Virus record (IMG/VR): IMGVR_UViG_3300031760_000013
Span: 2,458-66,457 of that record
Strand: one strand, 5' to 3'
DNA length: 64,000 bases
Source: a virus
Taxonomy: Duplodnaviria > Heunggongvirae > Uroviricota > Caudoviricetes
In this document: piece after piece, positions 19,888 to 29,482 of the stretch
How the letters are laid out: every line of letters begins with the position of its first letter
How positions within the stretch are numbered: position 1 is the first letter of the stretch
Notes under the pieces: model-generated
The model's input: only the letters and a program-made list of their open reading frames with translations
Told to the model about the DNA's origin: nothing
Databases searched by the model: none
Program-made: the position numbers and the translations under genes

Positions 19888-20187
19888 CTATTTCTCCGCT
19901 TTGATTATTGTTCTGGCATTTTTAATGCTTTCCATTGAAATGCCTTGAAAGCTGTAAAGTCCAATACTCTCATTAACAAGTTCTCCGTTTTCTTTTAGCT
20001 CATCTCGGTCTATCAGATCGCCGTGCGGTTCCGGGATTTCTATAATTTCATGCCAATCCGTCAGGCCACCGTAACGATAATGGTAGAATCTCGCGTAACG
20101 CTTTCCGCCCAGATCTTCAGCGAAGTCGATTACAAGTTCCGGCTCTATCTCTTTCGGCATCTCCATGCCTCTCACAAGTACGCTCAT
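19888..20187 (-). CDS. hypothetical protein
   Basis: 99 aa ORF immediately downstream of rtcB. Confidence 0.35.
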   Translation of the reverse strand: MSVLVRGMEMPKEIEPELVIDFAEDLGGKRYARFYHYRYGGLTDWHEIIEIPEPHGDLIDRDELKENGELVNESIGLYSFQGISMESIKNARTIIKAEK

Positions 20188-20207
20188 TTGTTATAACTAC
20201 CTCGTAA

Positions 20208-21431
20208 CTATTCTGATGCTTTGAAGTTATATATTGGTCTGATTACTGAATCAATGTGTACAGTGGGGCCAATATTATTTACGATATCATCAACTCGTTT
20301 GTACGCCATAGGAGATTCATCGAGTGTACTAAGATTCACGGATGTCGTGTATATCCCCTCCATAGCTTGTTCGAATTCCTCCAACGGAATAGTCTCTTTA
20401 GCTTTAGAACGGCTCATAATTCGCCCAGCACCATGCGGAGCTGAATAGTTCCAATCTGGGTTACCTTTCCCAGTGCAGATTAAAGACCCATCTCTCATAT
20501 TGATAGGAATGAGGAGCTTCTCACCTCCACGAGCAGAAACCGCGCCCTTTCTCAATATCATGTATTCTGTATCAATATAGTTATGAATGGTCTCAAATTC
20601 TTCAACTGGTATCCAGTTCATATATTTACAAATCGTATCAGCAATTGCCTTTCGATTTAGGTGAGCAAACTGCTGTGCGATTCGCATATCGTGGATATAA
20701 TCATCAAACAGTTTCCCTTCGCACCAAGCCAATTCTTTTGGTGCAGCCGGATAATCTTTCTTAAGCTTTTTCAGAGCATCAGATATTTCTGACTGTTTCC
20801 CTTGTACTTTTAATGTTTCAATTACTTCTTTTCTGGCATCTTCAGTCGGGCCAGAATGCGACTTAGCAGCGAGGCGCTGGTAATGTGTGCAGATATCGAC
20901 CCCTAGATGCCGGCTACCAGTGTGAATAACAAGGTACACGTCCCCAGTATCATCATTTTTATCTAATTCAATAAAGTGATTTCCTCCACCAAGAGATCCC
21001 AGTGAAAGATATGCCCGGACCAGATCCGCATTATTCTTACAAACAAGGTCTTCAAGCTTAATATTTTTTGTTAAAGGATGTTGTTGAGTACGTATGCTCA
21101 TCCCAGATGTGACAATTGGCTCTGTCTCGTTGTAACCATGAAGTGCAGTATCTAATCTTTCGAAATCCAAGACTGATCCTTTTGAAAGCTTTACAGTCAA
21201 CATCCCACAACCAATATCTACGCCAACCAGATTAGGGCATATTTTGTCTGAAATAGTCATGGTAGTTCCGATTGTGCACCCAGCGCCTGCATGTATATCA
21301 GGCATCATGCGTATGGTTTGATTATGCGCATATGGTTGATTTGCCAGTTGGATAACTTGAGAAATAGCTTCAGGTTCAACCACGTCTGTATATATTTTTG
21401 CATTAGCGTACTTCCCTACTACTTCAAACAT
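20208..21431 (-). CDS. rtcB: RtcB-family 3'-phosphate/5'-OH RNA ligase
   Basis: 407 aa. MPDIHAGAGCTIGTTM and GGGNHFIELD match the conserved RtcB metal-binding and His-rich motifs. Confidence 0.8.
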   Translation of the reverse strand: MFEVVGKYANAKIYTDVVEPEAISQVIQLANQPYAHNQTIRMMPDIHAGAGCTIGTTMTISDKICPNLVGVDIGCGMLTVKLSKGSVLDFERLDTALHGYNETEPIVTSGMSIRTQQHPLTKNIKLEDLVCKNNADLVRAYLSLGSLGGGNHFIELDKNDDTGDVYLVIHTGSRHLGVDICTHYQRLAAKSHSGPTEDARKEVIETLKVQGKQSEISDALKKLKKDYPAAPKELAWCEGKLFDDYIHDMRIAQQFAHLNRKAIADTICKYMNWIPVEEFETIHNYIDTEYMILRKGAVSARGGEKLLIPINMRDGSLICTGKGNPDWNYSAPHGAGRIMSRSKAKETIPLEEFEQAMEGIYTTSVNLSTLDESPMAYKRVDDIVNNIGPTVHIDSVIRPIYNFKASE

Positions 21432-21456
21432 GCCTTACTCCTTTTCTCGCTAGTAT

Positions 21457-21807
21457 TCAGCAATGATTAACTATGTTATGTATCTTCTTGCAAGTTTTGA
21501 GTGCCCTATAGATACTGTCATACCTTTGTTCGTCTTCACAATATGGTTCTCTGAGTGTACGCGGATCGCCCTCGAGAATATGTTCGAGAATCATTTCAAC
21601 TTCATCAATTCTTGATTCAATTTCTTTAGCATCTACAACATTACACGCAGGAATCCTATTAATTAGGTCTGGCAACCCCAATACATCAGCTTCATATTCG
21701 AGCCCTTCGCGCAATTCATTTATAACATCCCCGCGCCTTATGCAATCTGACTCTCCGATGATCGTCATACCTCTCCTTTCTATTCTGGCAGAAGAATGAG
21801 CAGCCAC
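21457..21807 (-). CDS. hypothetical protein
   Basis: 116 aa ORF. Confidence 0.35.
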   Translation of the reverse strand: MAAHSSARIERRGMTIIGESDCIRRGDVINELREGLEYEADVLGLPDLINRIPACNVVDAKEIESRIDEVEMILEHILEGDPRTLREPYCEDEQRYDSIYRALKTCKKIHNIVNHC

Positions 21808-21839
21808 AACATGGCATACCAGTTACTCCACAGATAAAT

Positions 21840-22184
21840 TTAGTAAAATCGATCACCGAAGAACCAAAGTTCTGCGTCATTATCTAAATCCTCCTTCATT
21901 TTCTTTGCAGACTTCTTGAACAGCCACATGATTCCATCGCCAATTGTTTCTAAAACAGCCAGGATAAGTGCCAAGATTACAGACACCACAAGGAGCACTA
22001 GGTAAAATGGCCAAAGAGCTATGATAAATAAAACGAGACTTTTACCGTTCTCAGAATCGTCATTTTTCAGGTCAAATGGTTCTATTTCTGCAAATTTTGT
22101 ACTCAAAAGTTGGCGAAATAGTGCAATTCCGAAACCCACTGAGAAATATCCTAAGATTATAAAGATATTCGTCAAATTAAACAT
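21840..22184 (-). CDS. small membrane protein
   Basis: 114 aa with 2-3 predicted TM helices. Confidence 0.4.
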   Translation of the reverse strand: MFNLTNIFIILGYFSVGFGIALFRQLLSTKFAEIEPFDLKNDDSENGKSLVLFIIALWPFYLVLLVVSVILALILAVLETIGDGIMWLFKKSAKKMKEDLDNDAELWFFGDRFY

Positions 22185-22190
22185 GGTTGT

Positions 22191-22457
22191 TTACTCTTCT
22201 TCCACATCATCAGTGGTATCTTCATCAATCAATTCTCCTCTATCCATCGCACAGGAATAACACGAATAGCTTTCGACACACCTGCCACCTGGCTGCTCGA
22301 ACTCTACTCTGTAAAACCGCTTATTTGGGTGAATATATATTACTTTCCCCGCTACAGGAGAAGATTGGCGATGCGTATCGAAAGTTAAACTCTCCATAAC
22401 AACATCGCCAACCTTAATGTTCTTTAATAGTTCCCTATTTCTGACAAGTATATTCAT
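22191..22457 (-). CDS. hypothetical protein
   Basis: 88 aa ORF. Confidence 0.35.
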   Translation of the reverse strand: MNILVRNRELLKNIKVGDVVMESLTFDTHRQSSPVAGKVIYIHPNKRFYRVEFEQPGGRCVESYSCYSCAMDRGELIDEDTTDDVEEE

Positions 22458-22460
22458 TAA

Positions 22461-23153
22461 TTAACCTGCCATATATGTATTTTTAAAGTCCTCAATCAAC
22501 TTTGAAGCCAATGTAGGCTCTTTAATCGCTAAATAATTTGCGTTCTTCGCATACCTCGTGATAAACTGTTTTACCTCTTCCTTCTTATCTCCATGATCAG
22601 CAAGGTATCGTTTTAACATAGTGTCGAATTCCGCAGTTAATCCTTCTGCTATCGCCTTATCTTCGGATGCCTCGGCAGCCTTTTGTTTGCTACGGTATGC
22701 GTCAACATCAGTGTCCGACTGCGCGATCTGGAAGAATGCCGTCAAGAACTGCCTCATTGTATATGTCAGCCCAGATCCTAGCGCTTGTGACGGATCTGCC
22801 TGCGAGCCAGTCACAAACCATGGTACATCAAGATAATCCTCGGTGTCATCGTCGTTTATCCACCTATATACCATATCTGCTTTAACTAAGATTTCCGAGA
22901 CAGTATTATCATACGCTTTTCCTGTCTTATCCACCTTCGTGTTGACAGTTACGAGTTGCGATACATTTGCCGTCCCAGGCACAATTGATGGGATTAGTGA
23001 GACCCCATATTTCTTCATACCAGCTGTAACATTCGCAAGAATTTCAGTAATGTCTGTGTAAGAATAGTTATACCCTTTCTTCCCCTTCTTTGCGACGTCA
23101 CTAATACTACGGATTTTTGCCAGCTTCTGAATAAGATTAAGTTTTTCTTCCAT
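22461..23153 (-). CDS. ERF-family single-strand annealing protein (putative)
   Basis: 230 aa. N-terminal LIQKLAKIRSISDVAKKGKKGYNYSYTDITEILANVTAGMKKYGVSL follows the ERF pattern (L..L..I.....K......Y.Y..L..I......L...G). Assigned by pattern only. Confidence 0.45.
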   Translation of the reverse strand: MEEKLNLIQKLAKIRSISDVAKKGKKGYNYSYTDITEILANVTAGMKKYGVSLIPSIVPGTANVSQLVTVNTKVDKTGKAYDNTVSEILVKADMVYRWINDDDTEDYLDVPWFVTGSQADPSQALGSGLTYTMRQFLTAFFQIAQSDTDVDAYRSKQKAAEASEDKAIAEGLTAEFDTMLKRYLADHGDKKEEVKQFITRYAKNANYLAIKEPTLASKLIEDFKNTYMAG

Positions 23154-23160
23154 ATAAACC

Positions 23161-23406
23161 TCACTCGTTCATTTTCTCATACACTCTATGCTTCTCACAC
23201 AATTCAATCGGGTCTTTACCCTTCCCGATTTTCTCAAATGTGCCGCCAGCATTTCTGTATAGATAGTAAAGGTCCCTACTGTTATTTTTAGAAGTAATAA
23301 TAAACAGTAGAGACCCGGTTTTATTATAGTAGCCAACCCAAGCGTGTTCGCCCTTCGGCGTTTTAGGTTCAGCAGACTCTGTATATTCAGTTAATCTTTC
23401 TTGCAT
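23161..23406 (-). CDS. hypothetical protein
   Basis: 81 aa ORF. Confidence 0.35.
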   Translation of the reverse strand: MQERLTEYTESAEPKTPKGEHAWVGYYNKTGSLLFIITSKNNSRDLYYLYRNAGGTFEKIGKGKDPIELCEKHRVYEKMNE

Positions 23407-23418
23407 TATACCATCGGT

Positions 23419-24372
23419 TTATTCCATGTGTACAATTTTCCAACGTTCGTAATCTCTTTTAAAATCCTCAACAATTTGTCGTTTTTTGGAATCGATCGTG
23501 TTTCGACCAGAGCCAAGCTTATAAACTTTCCCGTCTATATACTCTGCGGCAGCATCTTCAAAACATGGCGCTTTACCCATTGCCTCAGAAATATAAGTCC
23601 TATAAAAAAGCCCGGACAGCCACACTCTGTAGTAACTTAACGATTGCAGTTCGCCCATTTCCTTGAACGCCATGCGTTTTCTCTTTGAAAACTCAACGCG
23701 AAAAGCCCTGATTGTTGGTATAGCTTTAACACCACTTAGTAGAAACGTCCTATCAAAACGCTGTACTACTATACGTTTTGAATAGTTTGGGTGTGCATAC
23801 ACAAAAGAATCAAGTGTCGATGCAGCGGAAAAGTCCGCAAAAGCCTCCTTATATATTCTGTATGATTTGTTGTCAAAACAAACAGCCATGTTTTTCAAGT
23901 CAACATCTGTGCGTCTGACTAATACCGTTTTTTCTTCTTTTACACCAGAGAATGCCAGCCAATAGTAACATCTGTATATACAATCCACAGTTTGCTCATC
24001 GGATGGCTTAAAGTAAAAATCTAAATATTTCTTCAGCTCTTCTGGGGTTGAGACAGTTAAGCGACGCATCTCGTCTGACATCTCATTGCTGTACATAATA
24101 CTTTCTGCGCATGTTTTTACACCAATATTCTTTTCGCACCAGCGGAGATAATCTTTCAGTGTGCTTAACACGCCCATTGTTGATCTAGACCTCAATGTGT
24201 AAGCACTATCCACCACCGCGCTCAGCTCCTGTTTGCTCATTTCGTAAAGGTCTCGTCCGGCTGCATCTTCATATTTCCCAAACGACTCAAACAAACGATT
24301 GAGATTCCTTGCGGTCATTTTGTTGTTTGTTTTCTGTTCGATATACCTACTCTTGAGTTGAATATTGTACAT
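23419..24372 (-). CDS. hypothetical protein, paralog of 50187..51137 (N-terminal region resembles a recombinase core-binding/SAM-like DNA-binding domain)
   Basis: 317 aa. Same length and parallel motifs as the 316-aa protein at 50187..51137 (LKDYLRWCEKNIG versus VNSYLKWCDRNRV). Strong AGGAGG RBS. Confidence 0.45.
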   Translation of the reverse strand: MYNIQLKSRYIEQKTNNKMTARNLNRLFESFGKYEDAAGRDLYEMSKQELSAVVDSAYTLRSRSTMGVLSTLKDYLRWCEKNIGVKTCAESIMYSNEMSDEMRRLTVSTPEELKKYLDFYFKPSDEQTVDCIYRCYYWLAFSGVKEEKTVLVRRTDVDLKNMAVCFDNKSYRIYKEAFADFSAASTLDSFVYAHPNYSKRIVVQRFDRTFLLSGVKAIPTIRAFRVEFSKRKRMAFKEMGELQSLSYYRVWLSGLFYRTYISEAMGKAPCFEDAAAEYIDGKVYKLGSGRNTIDSKKRQIVEDFKRDYERWKIVHME

Positions 24373-24399
24373 GAATATACCTCCTAAAAAAGTATGTAT

Positions 24400-24834
24400 T
24401 CAAACAGTCGCCGAGTTAAGCGCACTTGCCTTCTTCCAGATAGAATACACGAGATGAGGCGGAATAAACGAGATCATAGATGTAGCCAGAATATAAGCCT
24501 CTGCAATATTTTTCATGTAGGAACTTGGCATTGTCGTAATATAACGTCCTAGCTTGTTTTTAGATATGCATTCTGGGTTCTCGCAAAGAACCATGCTGTC
24601 TTTCTTCAACCCGGAATCGCTGGCTTTTACAACAACATGCGTCGGTTGTGAAGACTTCTTGATCTGGCTTGTGAGCGGTAACACAATAACATTAGGACTA
24701 TGCAAATTCCCAAGGTTATTTTGGATTATCAGGCCAGGACGAATCCCGCTCTGTTCGCTGCCATTACCGGCAAATGTGATCATATAAACATCACCAATAC
24801 GCGGAGTGTGGCCGTCTTTGTTTTGGAAGTTCAC
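24400..24834 (-). CDS. MazF/PemK-family endoribonuclease toxin-like protein
   Basis: 144 aa. GDVYMITFAGNGSEQSGIRPGLII...NVIVLPLTSQ...PTHVVV reproduces the PemK/MazF fold motifs, including the conserved Arg (SEQSGIRP) and Thr (PLTSQ). No antitoxin-sized ORF is adjacent. Confidence 0.65.
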   Translation of the reverse strand: MNFQNKDGHTPRIGDVYMITFAGNGSEQSGIRPGLIIQNNLGNLHSPNVIVLPLTSQIKKSSQPTHVVVKASDSGLKKDSMVLCENPECISKNKLGRYITTMPSSYMKNIAEAYILATSMISFIPPHLVYSIWKKASALNSATV

Positions 24835-24938
24835 TTTTTGTACTCCTTTTATTAATATTATGTATGTTTCTTCTACTATTGTACAAATCGTGAACTGTGC
24901 TTATATTTTAGTACAAATAATTTGTTAGTGCAACTGTG

Positions 24939-26078
24939 TTAAGCGATCCCCATTAGATTTTTCGCTTGTTCAGCGATGCAATGATACGCTGTTGTTATAT
25001 CCCCGATAGTATTATTAGCAGAGACAGATACACGGATTGTGTTTCTCGCATCGTCGCCAGAGACCCCAATCGCTGTAAGGACATGGCTTGGCGTAGAGCT
25101 GCGTGAGTTACATGCGCTACCTGCTGATATTTGAACTTTATCACCAATGGCGAGAATAAGTGTTTGCGCGTCAACATTTGGAATTGTTACGCTGATAATC
25201 TTCTCTCCGTAATCAAAGCAATTAAATATAGCAGATGGTAGCTCTGTTGCGAGCCCTTCCTTGAAAGCCCTGCGCAGAGACGATACTCTAACTCGCGCCT
25301 CACTTAATCTTTCCGCTGTTAATTTACATGCTTCGCCAAATCCTACTATGCCAGCGACATTTTCTGTCCCACCTCTATACCCAAACTCTTGATAAGCACC
25401 GCCGAAAATTATTGGTGAAAGCACCTGTTTCCTTTTAGCGAAAATAGCCCCAACACCTTTCGGGCCATTAATTTTATGGGAAGAAATCGTAGCGAAATCA
25501 CATCCAATTTGTGTCATGTTCAAATCGACGACACCAGCCGCCTGAACACAGTCTGTATGAAACAATACATCATGGTGCCTGCATACGTTACTGATATCAA
25601 CGACCGGGTTTTTTACCCCCGTCTCGTTGTTCATGTACATAACGGAGACTAAGCCAGTACCATTATTAATACCGTTTTCGATTTCTTCCCTTTGAATAAT
25701 GCAGTTCTTGTCTGGGCTCGCTAAATCAGCGGTGAAGCCTTCAAATAACATTAAATTTTTTATTGAGTTAAGGACAGAATCATGTTCAATTTTTGTAGAT
25801 AGTATATGGGTTTTGCCAGAAATCTTCAAATAATGTTTCAACCCATTAAATACAAGGCTATTGCCCTCGCTCCCACCAGATGTAAAGATTATCTGGCTTC
25901 TGTCGCAATGAAGTAAATCAGCTACATTTTGCCTCGCTTCATTAATGGCATCTCTTGCGAAAATTCCTGCTGAATAAATTGAACCTGGGTTTGCGAAATT
26001 ATCTTTTAAAAACGGGAGCATCGCTTCAAACACACGTTCATCCATCTGTGTAGTAGAAGCATTGTCAAGATAAATCAT
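24939..26078 (-). CDS. cysteine desulfurase (class V aminotransferase; NifS/IscS-like)
   Basis: 379 aa. N-terminus MIYLDNASTTQMDERVFEAM. PLP-lysine context ISSHKINGPKG. Active-site cysteine loop SAGSACNS. Confidence 0.8.
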   Translation of the reverse strand: MIYLDNASTTQMDERVFEAMLPFLKDNFANPGSIYSAGIFARDAINEARQNVADLLHCDRSQIIFTSGGSEGNSLVFNGLKHYLKISGKTHILSTKIEHDSVLNSIKNLMLFEGFTADLASPDKNCIIQREEIENGINNGTGLVSVMYMNNETGVKNPVVDISNVCRHHDVLFHTDCVQAAGVVDLNMTQIGCDFATISSHKINGPKGVGAIFAKRKQVLSPIIFGGAYQEFGYRGGTENVAGIVGFGEACKLTAERLSEARVRVSSLRRAFKEGLATELPSAIFNCFDYGEKIISVTIPNVDAQTLILAIGDKVQISAGSACNSRSSTPSHVLTAIGVSGDDARNTIRVSVSANNTIGDITTAYHCIAEQAKNLMGIA

Positions 26079-26092
26079 TAACTCGGCCTTCC

Positions 26093-26416
26093 TTATTTAA
26101 GATATCGTTCTTCGTACATCCCAAGATCGAACTCAAAGTTGCGATCGTCAAATATGTTCTTAAGGTCATTAAACATTTCAGATTTAGTAGGTGATGCTGA
26201 CTTGTGATCACCATATATGTATGCGGATATTCCATCGCTTTCCGGATGCATGCTCATTAGACACATATCGCCCTTCTTTGGGTTATACATATCGACGTAC
26301 ATTCCATCCTCATTGTACCAGACACGGATTCTCCCGTAATCTGTATCGAAGAATAGGCCACCTGAGCGGAGGTACTTCATATCCACACTCGGTGGCCTAA
26401 AAATATGGTCTGACAC
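26093..26416 (-). CDS. hypothetical protein
   Basis: 107 aa ORF. Confidence 0.35.
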   Translation of the reverse strand: MSDHIFRPPSVDMKYLRSGGLFFDTDYGRIRVWYNEDGMYVDMYNPKKGDMCLMSMHPESDGISAYIYGDHKSASPTKSEMFNDLKNIFDDRNFEFDLGMYEERYLK

Positions 26417-26454
26417 TAAACCACCACACTTCCCGGTTCTATATTCTGTTCTTC

Positions 26455-26796
26455 TTAGTCATCCCCAAGCTGTTCGTTTATAAGTTCGAACTCTATATCC
26501 CAATCTCTAGATAGCTCTTCCGCACACTTGTCGCAATATGGACTTATCCATCCCAGAGAGATTTTGGTCGCAGGTTCGCCGCAGCGTATGCATATTCTTC
26601 TGCTGAGTTCTGTATACTTTGGGATGATCTCATTCTGGATCTTATCCGTAGAGTTCCAATCGTACCAGCGGAGCTCAGCGTACTTCTCTTTAATTTCCGT
26701 TACTCTGTACAAATCGACCAGATCGTGTGCTACAAGTTCCTCCATGATCTCCTCACACATCTTCTCACCGAATGCCTTGCGCCACCCGTCCGGCAT
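26455..26796 (-). CDS. zinc-ribbon protein
   Basis: 113 aa; CIRCGEP...CDKCAEE. Confidence 0.4.
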   Translation of the reverse strand: MPDGWRKAFGEKMCEEIMEELVAHDLVDLYRVTEIKEKYAELRWYDWNSTDKIQNEIIPKYTELSRRICIRCGEPATKISLGWISPYCDKCAEELSRDWDIEFELINEQLGDD

Positions 26797-26998
26797 ATCG
26801 TCCAGCTCGGTTGATTCATAGTCGAACTCGGGGTGAGCTTCCTGGTGGTTTGGCCAGAACCCCTCTTCGCCATCCGGGCCGCAGCAGTCGGTGATCCGCT
26901 TGCCGCTCCAGCGGTTGAATGGGATCAGAAATGGATATTTCTTGCATAGCTCGCGGTTCTTTTTCTTTGTCTCATCATTAATCTCTATTTAGATCACC

Positions 26999-27808
26999 TC
27001 AAACCACTAACTGCAGGCTTTCCCCTATATCGCAATTAATATAATTATTTTTCCCACCAAGGTTTAACCCAAGATATGCATTTTCAATCTCCTCTTGTGT
27101 TAATCCAATATAGTCTAGCGTAATTACAAGAGACGAATGCCCAAGCATTTTTGATAGTAACATCAATTTCCGTGGGTCATTGTTGCACATTGCCATTTGA
27201 TGATAAGCAAAAGTTTTTCGTAAAGTGTGTGTACTCATATGAATTCCAAGGTGTAGGTCTTTGTTAATACCCTTTAATAGATATTCGAAAGAATTCCTAT
27301 GCATTGGTTTCCCAGCATCTTTCCCATGGTTCGACTCTGATTGGAACATATAATCGTCCAGTTTAACGCCATCCGAGTGTTTTAGAAATAATGTCACTGC
27401 CTCAATAACAGCGGAATTAATTGTAATATAACGATTCTTTTTATGTTTTCTGGTATTTTTCGTCTTCTTTTCAACAATTGGGAACGTTCTTTTAAAGGTG
27501 AAATCGTCGTTGATTAAATCGCAGAAACGCAATACGCGTAAATCGCTTATACGTAAACCGAAATTAATCCCAACTATAAATATCATATTATCCCTATATC
27601 GATTATTGGCTATCAGATATTGGGATATCTTCTCTATATCTTCAATGCGTTTAATTGGTTCGGCAGCATGCTCATCTACAACATCCCGTTCAACTTTTGT
27701 TTCTGCTTCAGAAATAAGACCGGCGACAGAATTGTTACTCGCCCGCCACAAATCGGACGGAATGACCTTTTCTTTCTTCTTAAAATCAGCATAAATAATT
27801 TCCGCCAT
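26999..27808 (-). CDS. tyrosine recombinase (phage integrase family)
   Basis: 269 aa. HTLRKTFAYH (HxxR) and LGHSSLVITLDYIG (catalytic Tyr context) are near the C-terminus. Confidence 0.7.
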   Translation of the reverse strand: MAEIIYADFKKKEKVIPSDLWRASNNSVAGLISEAETKVERDVVDEHAAEPIKRIEDIEKISQYLIANNRYRDNMIFIVGINFGLRISDLRVLRFCDLINDDFTFKRTFPIVEKKTKNTRKHKKNRYITINSAVIEAVTLFLKHSDGVKLDDYMFQSESNHGKDAGKPMHRNSFEYLLKGINKDLHLGIHMSTHTLRKTFAYHQMAMCNNDPRKLMLLSKMLGHSSLVITLDYIGLTQEEIENAYLGLNLGGKNNYINCDIGESLQLVV

Positions 27809-27842
27809 ATGTTCTCCTTTCTACCGTCGGCCTAAGTTGTTA

Positions 27843-28097
27843 TTAGCCCGGAGGCATCAGCCCGCTCTCTCGTCTAATTTTCAATATTACGCGGTTCCCG
27901 CACTCCTTTGATGATTTATTACCATTATCATCTGTATGCTCAACCATGTTCTCGCAGAGAAGCACATTACTAACACGCTTCATCTTTCCACCACAAATTT
28001 TACAATAGAAATCTTTTTCCCTGCGTTTTTTTGGTCTTAAGCCATACGCCCTTCCAAGCTCTTCAAACGAATTTACCGTCATATGTACTCTCCTCAT
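27843..28097 (-). CDS. zinc-ribbon protein
   Basis: 84 aa; CKICGGK...CEN...ECGN. Confidence 0.35.
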   Translation of the reverse strand: MRRVHMTVNSFEELGRAYGLRPKKRREKDFYCKICGGKMKRVSNVLLCENMVEHTDDNGNKSSKECGNRVILKIRRESGLMPPG

Positions 28098-28221
28098 ATA
28101 GATTTACAGCGAAGACACACCGTAATATGTCTTCGCATTATAAACACTGCATCAGTCTTTCAGCGACGCCGCTAATTTCCGGCCATCTTGAAAATCTATT
28201 TTTTCATTGTTTTTATAAAAT

Positions 28222-28947
28222 TTAGTTTTCATCTCCTGCACACCACTGAGCAGCCATCGCCTCAGCAAACCCAGGAAATGTCTTGCTTCGCTCTTTTGCC
28301 ACCTCTGGATCACCGTATCTTCGCCATGTTCCGTCCGGATTTTTGCCACACGATCCGCCGTACCCACCATAGTGCCCATTTGCGTCAAAAAGTTGATTCT
28401 TCCACCCACTTTCTGGCTTCTCTAACAAATCCGTTGGTGTGAGCTTCGGCAGATTCTTTAACCAAAGGCAAGTGGACTTCGTGAACGGGTGGCCAAACCA
28501 ATATGGCTGCACGATCTGGTCTGGTTTTCGGTAGTGTGTGTTCATATAACCGATTGGATTTTCCACAGCGATCCTTTGACAGTTGGCATTTATAAAAGAC
28601 ATGAAAAAATCCGCTGCCTCTTCCCTCAGCCTGTACCTTTCTCTGGCTTTATCACCGTACTTCTCTATGTTGAAGTACGCATTCCCAGAAACTGTCAGGT
28701 ACGTGCATGGGGGATGAGCAATCAGCAGATCCCATTCACTATCAATTGTATGTATATCGCCATTCTGTACTGTGAATGTACAGTGGCCGTTAATTATAGG
28801 TAAGCAGTCACCGTGTATATGCCACTCTGGATGACCGCCGGAACATTCCTGCACATCGCACGAATAAGCCTCGTGACCACGTTCTCGGAATGCCTTGCAA
28901 ACAGCTTGCGATTCCTCACAAGCAATCAAAACCCTTATAGGCTGCAC
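28222..28947 (-). CDS. DNA (cytosine-5)-methyltransferase-like protein (divergent, short)
   Basis: 241 aa. AHPPCTYLTVSG matches motif IV (the PC motif) and IAVENPIGYM matches motif VI (ENV). Motif I is degenerate (VLIACEESQ, no FxGxG). Short for a canonical C5-MTase. Confidence 0.45.
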   Translation of the reverse strand: MQPIRVLIACEESQAVCKAFRERGHEAYSCDVQECSGGHPEWHIHGDCLPIINGHCTFTVQNGDIHTIDSEWDLLIAHPPCTYLTVSGNAYFNIEKYGDKARERYRLREEAADFFMSFINANCQRIAVENPIGYMNTHYRKPDQIVQPYWFGHPFTKSTCLWLKNLPKLTPTDLLEKPESGWKNQLFDANGHYGGYGGSCGKNPDGTWRRYGDPEVAKERSKTFPGFAEAMAAQWCAGDEN

Positions 28948-29252
28948 CCCATTTGTATGTTATTATTATCAACTCGGGCAAGGATTTGCACCTTGCATAT
29001 CAGAGCATTTCGGGCCGTTCGCTTCGCACATTTTCTAAGGCGTTGTCGCACAACGCTATGCCGCCTCTGACTCCCCTTTAAGCGTCTACCTATTCCGCCA
29101 CCGAGTTGAATTTCATTAACCAAATGTACGTCTACCCCAACTCCAACGTACTGCCCCAGTCGCCCGAAAATTATCACCATGTAGGTTATAGACTGCCGCC
29201 TATAACCGCATGGGCTGAAGTCCCCAATAAATTACCTCATATTTTGTGTCTT

Positions 29253-29477
29253 CTATTTAAAATAATGCTTATACTCGTCGATGACATATAGTTTATTTCT
29301 TCTGTCTAGATAGTAGTCATACTCATCGATAGCATTTAGTAGGAATTCATCGAGGTAACACGCAAGAGCCCCGAAATATTTTCTTGATTTACTTGGTGTA
29401 TCGATGTAATGCCACGTTAAGCGTCTTAACCAGCACAATATTTTCCTGATCTGCTTTGCAACTAATATACAAACCAA
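29253..29477 (-). CDS. hypothetical protein
   Basis: 74 aa ORF. Confidence 0.3.
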   Translation of the reverse strand: MVCILVAKQIRKILCWLRRLTWHYIDTPSKSRKYFGALACYLDEFLLNAIDEYDYYLDRRNKLYVIDEYKHYFK

Positions 29478-29482
29478 CTCCT

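Noticed and set aside
28152-28409. ORF 28152..28409 (-) overlapping the 3' end of the C5-MTase-like gene by 188 nt
   Set aside because: Different frame, no RBS. The overlap with a motif-supported gene makes it unlikely to be translated as drawn.
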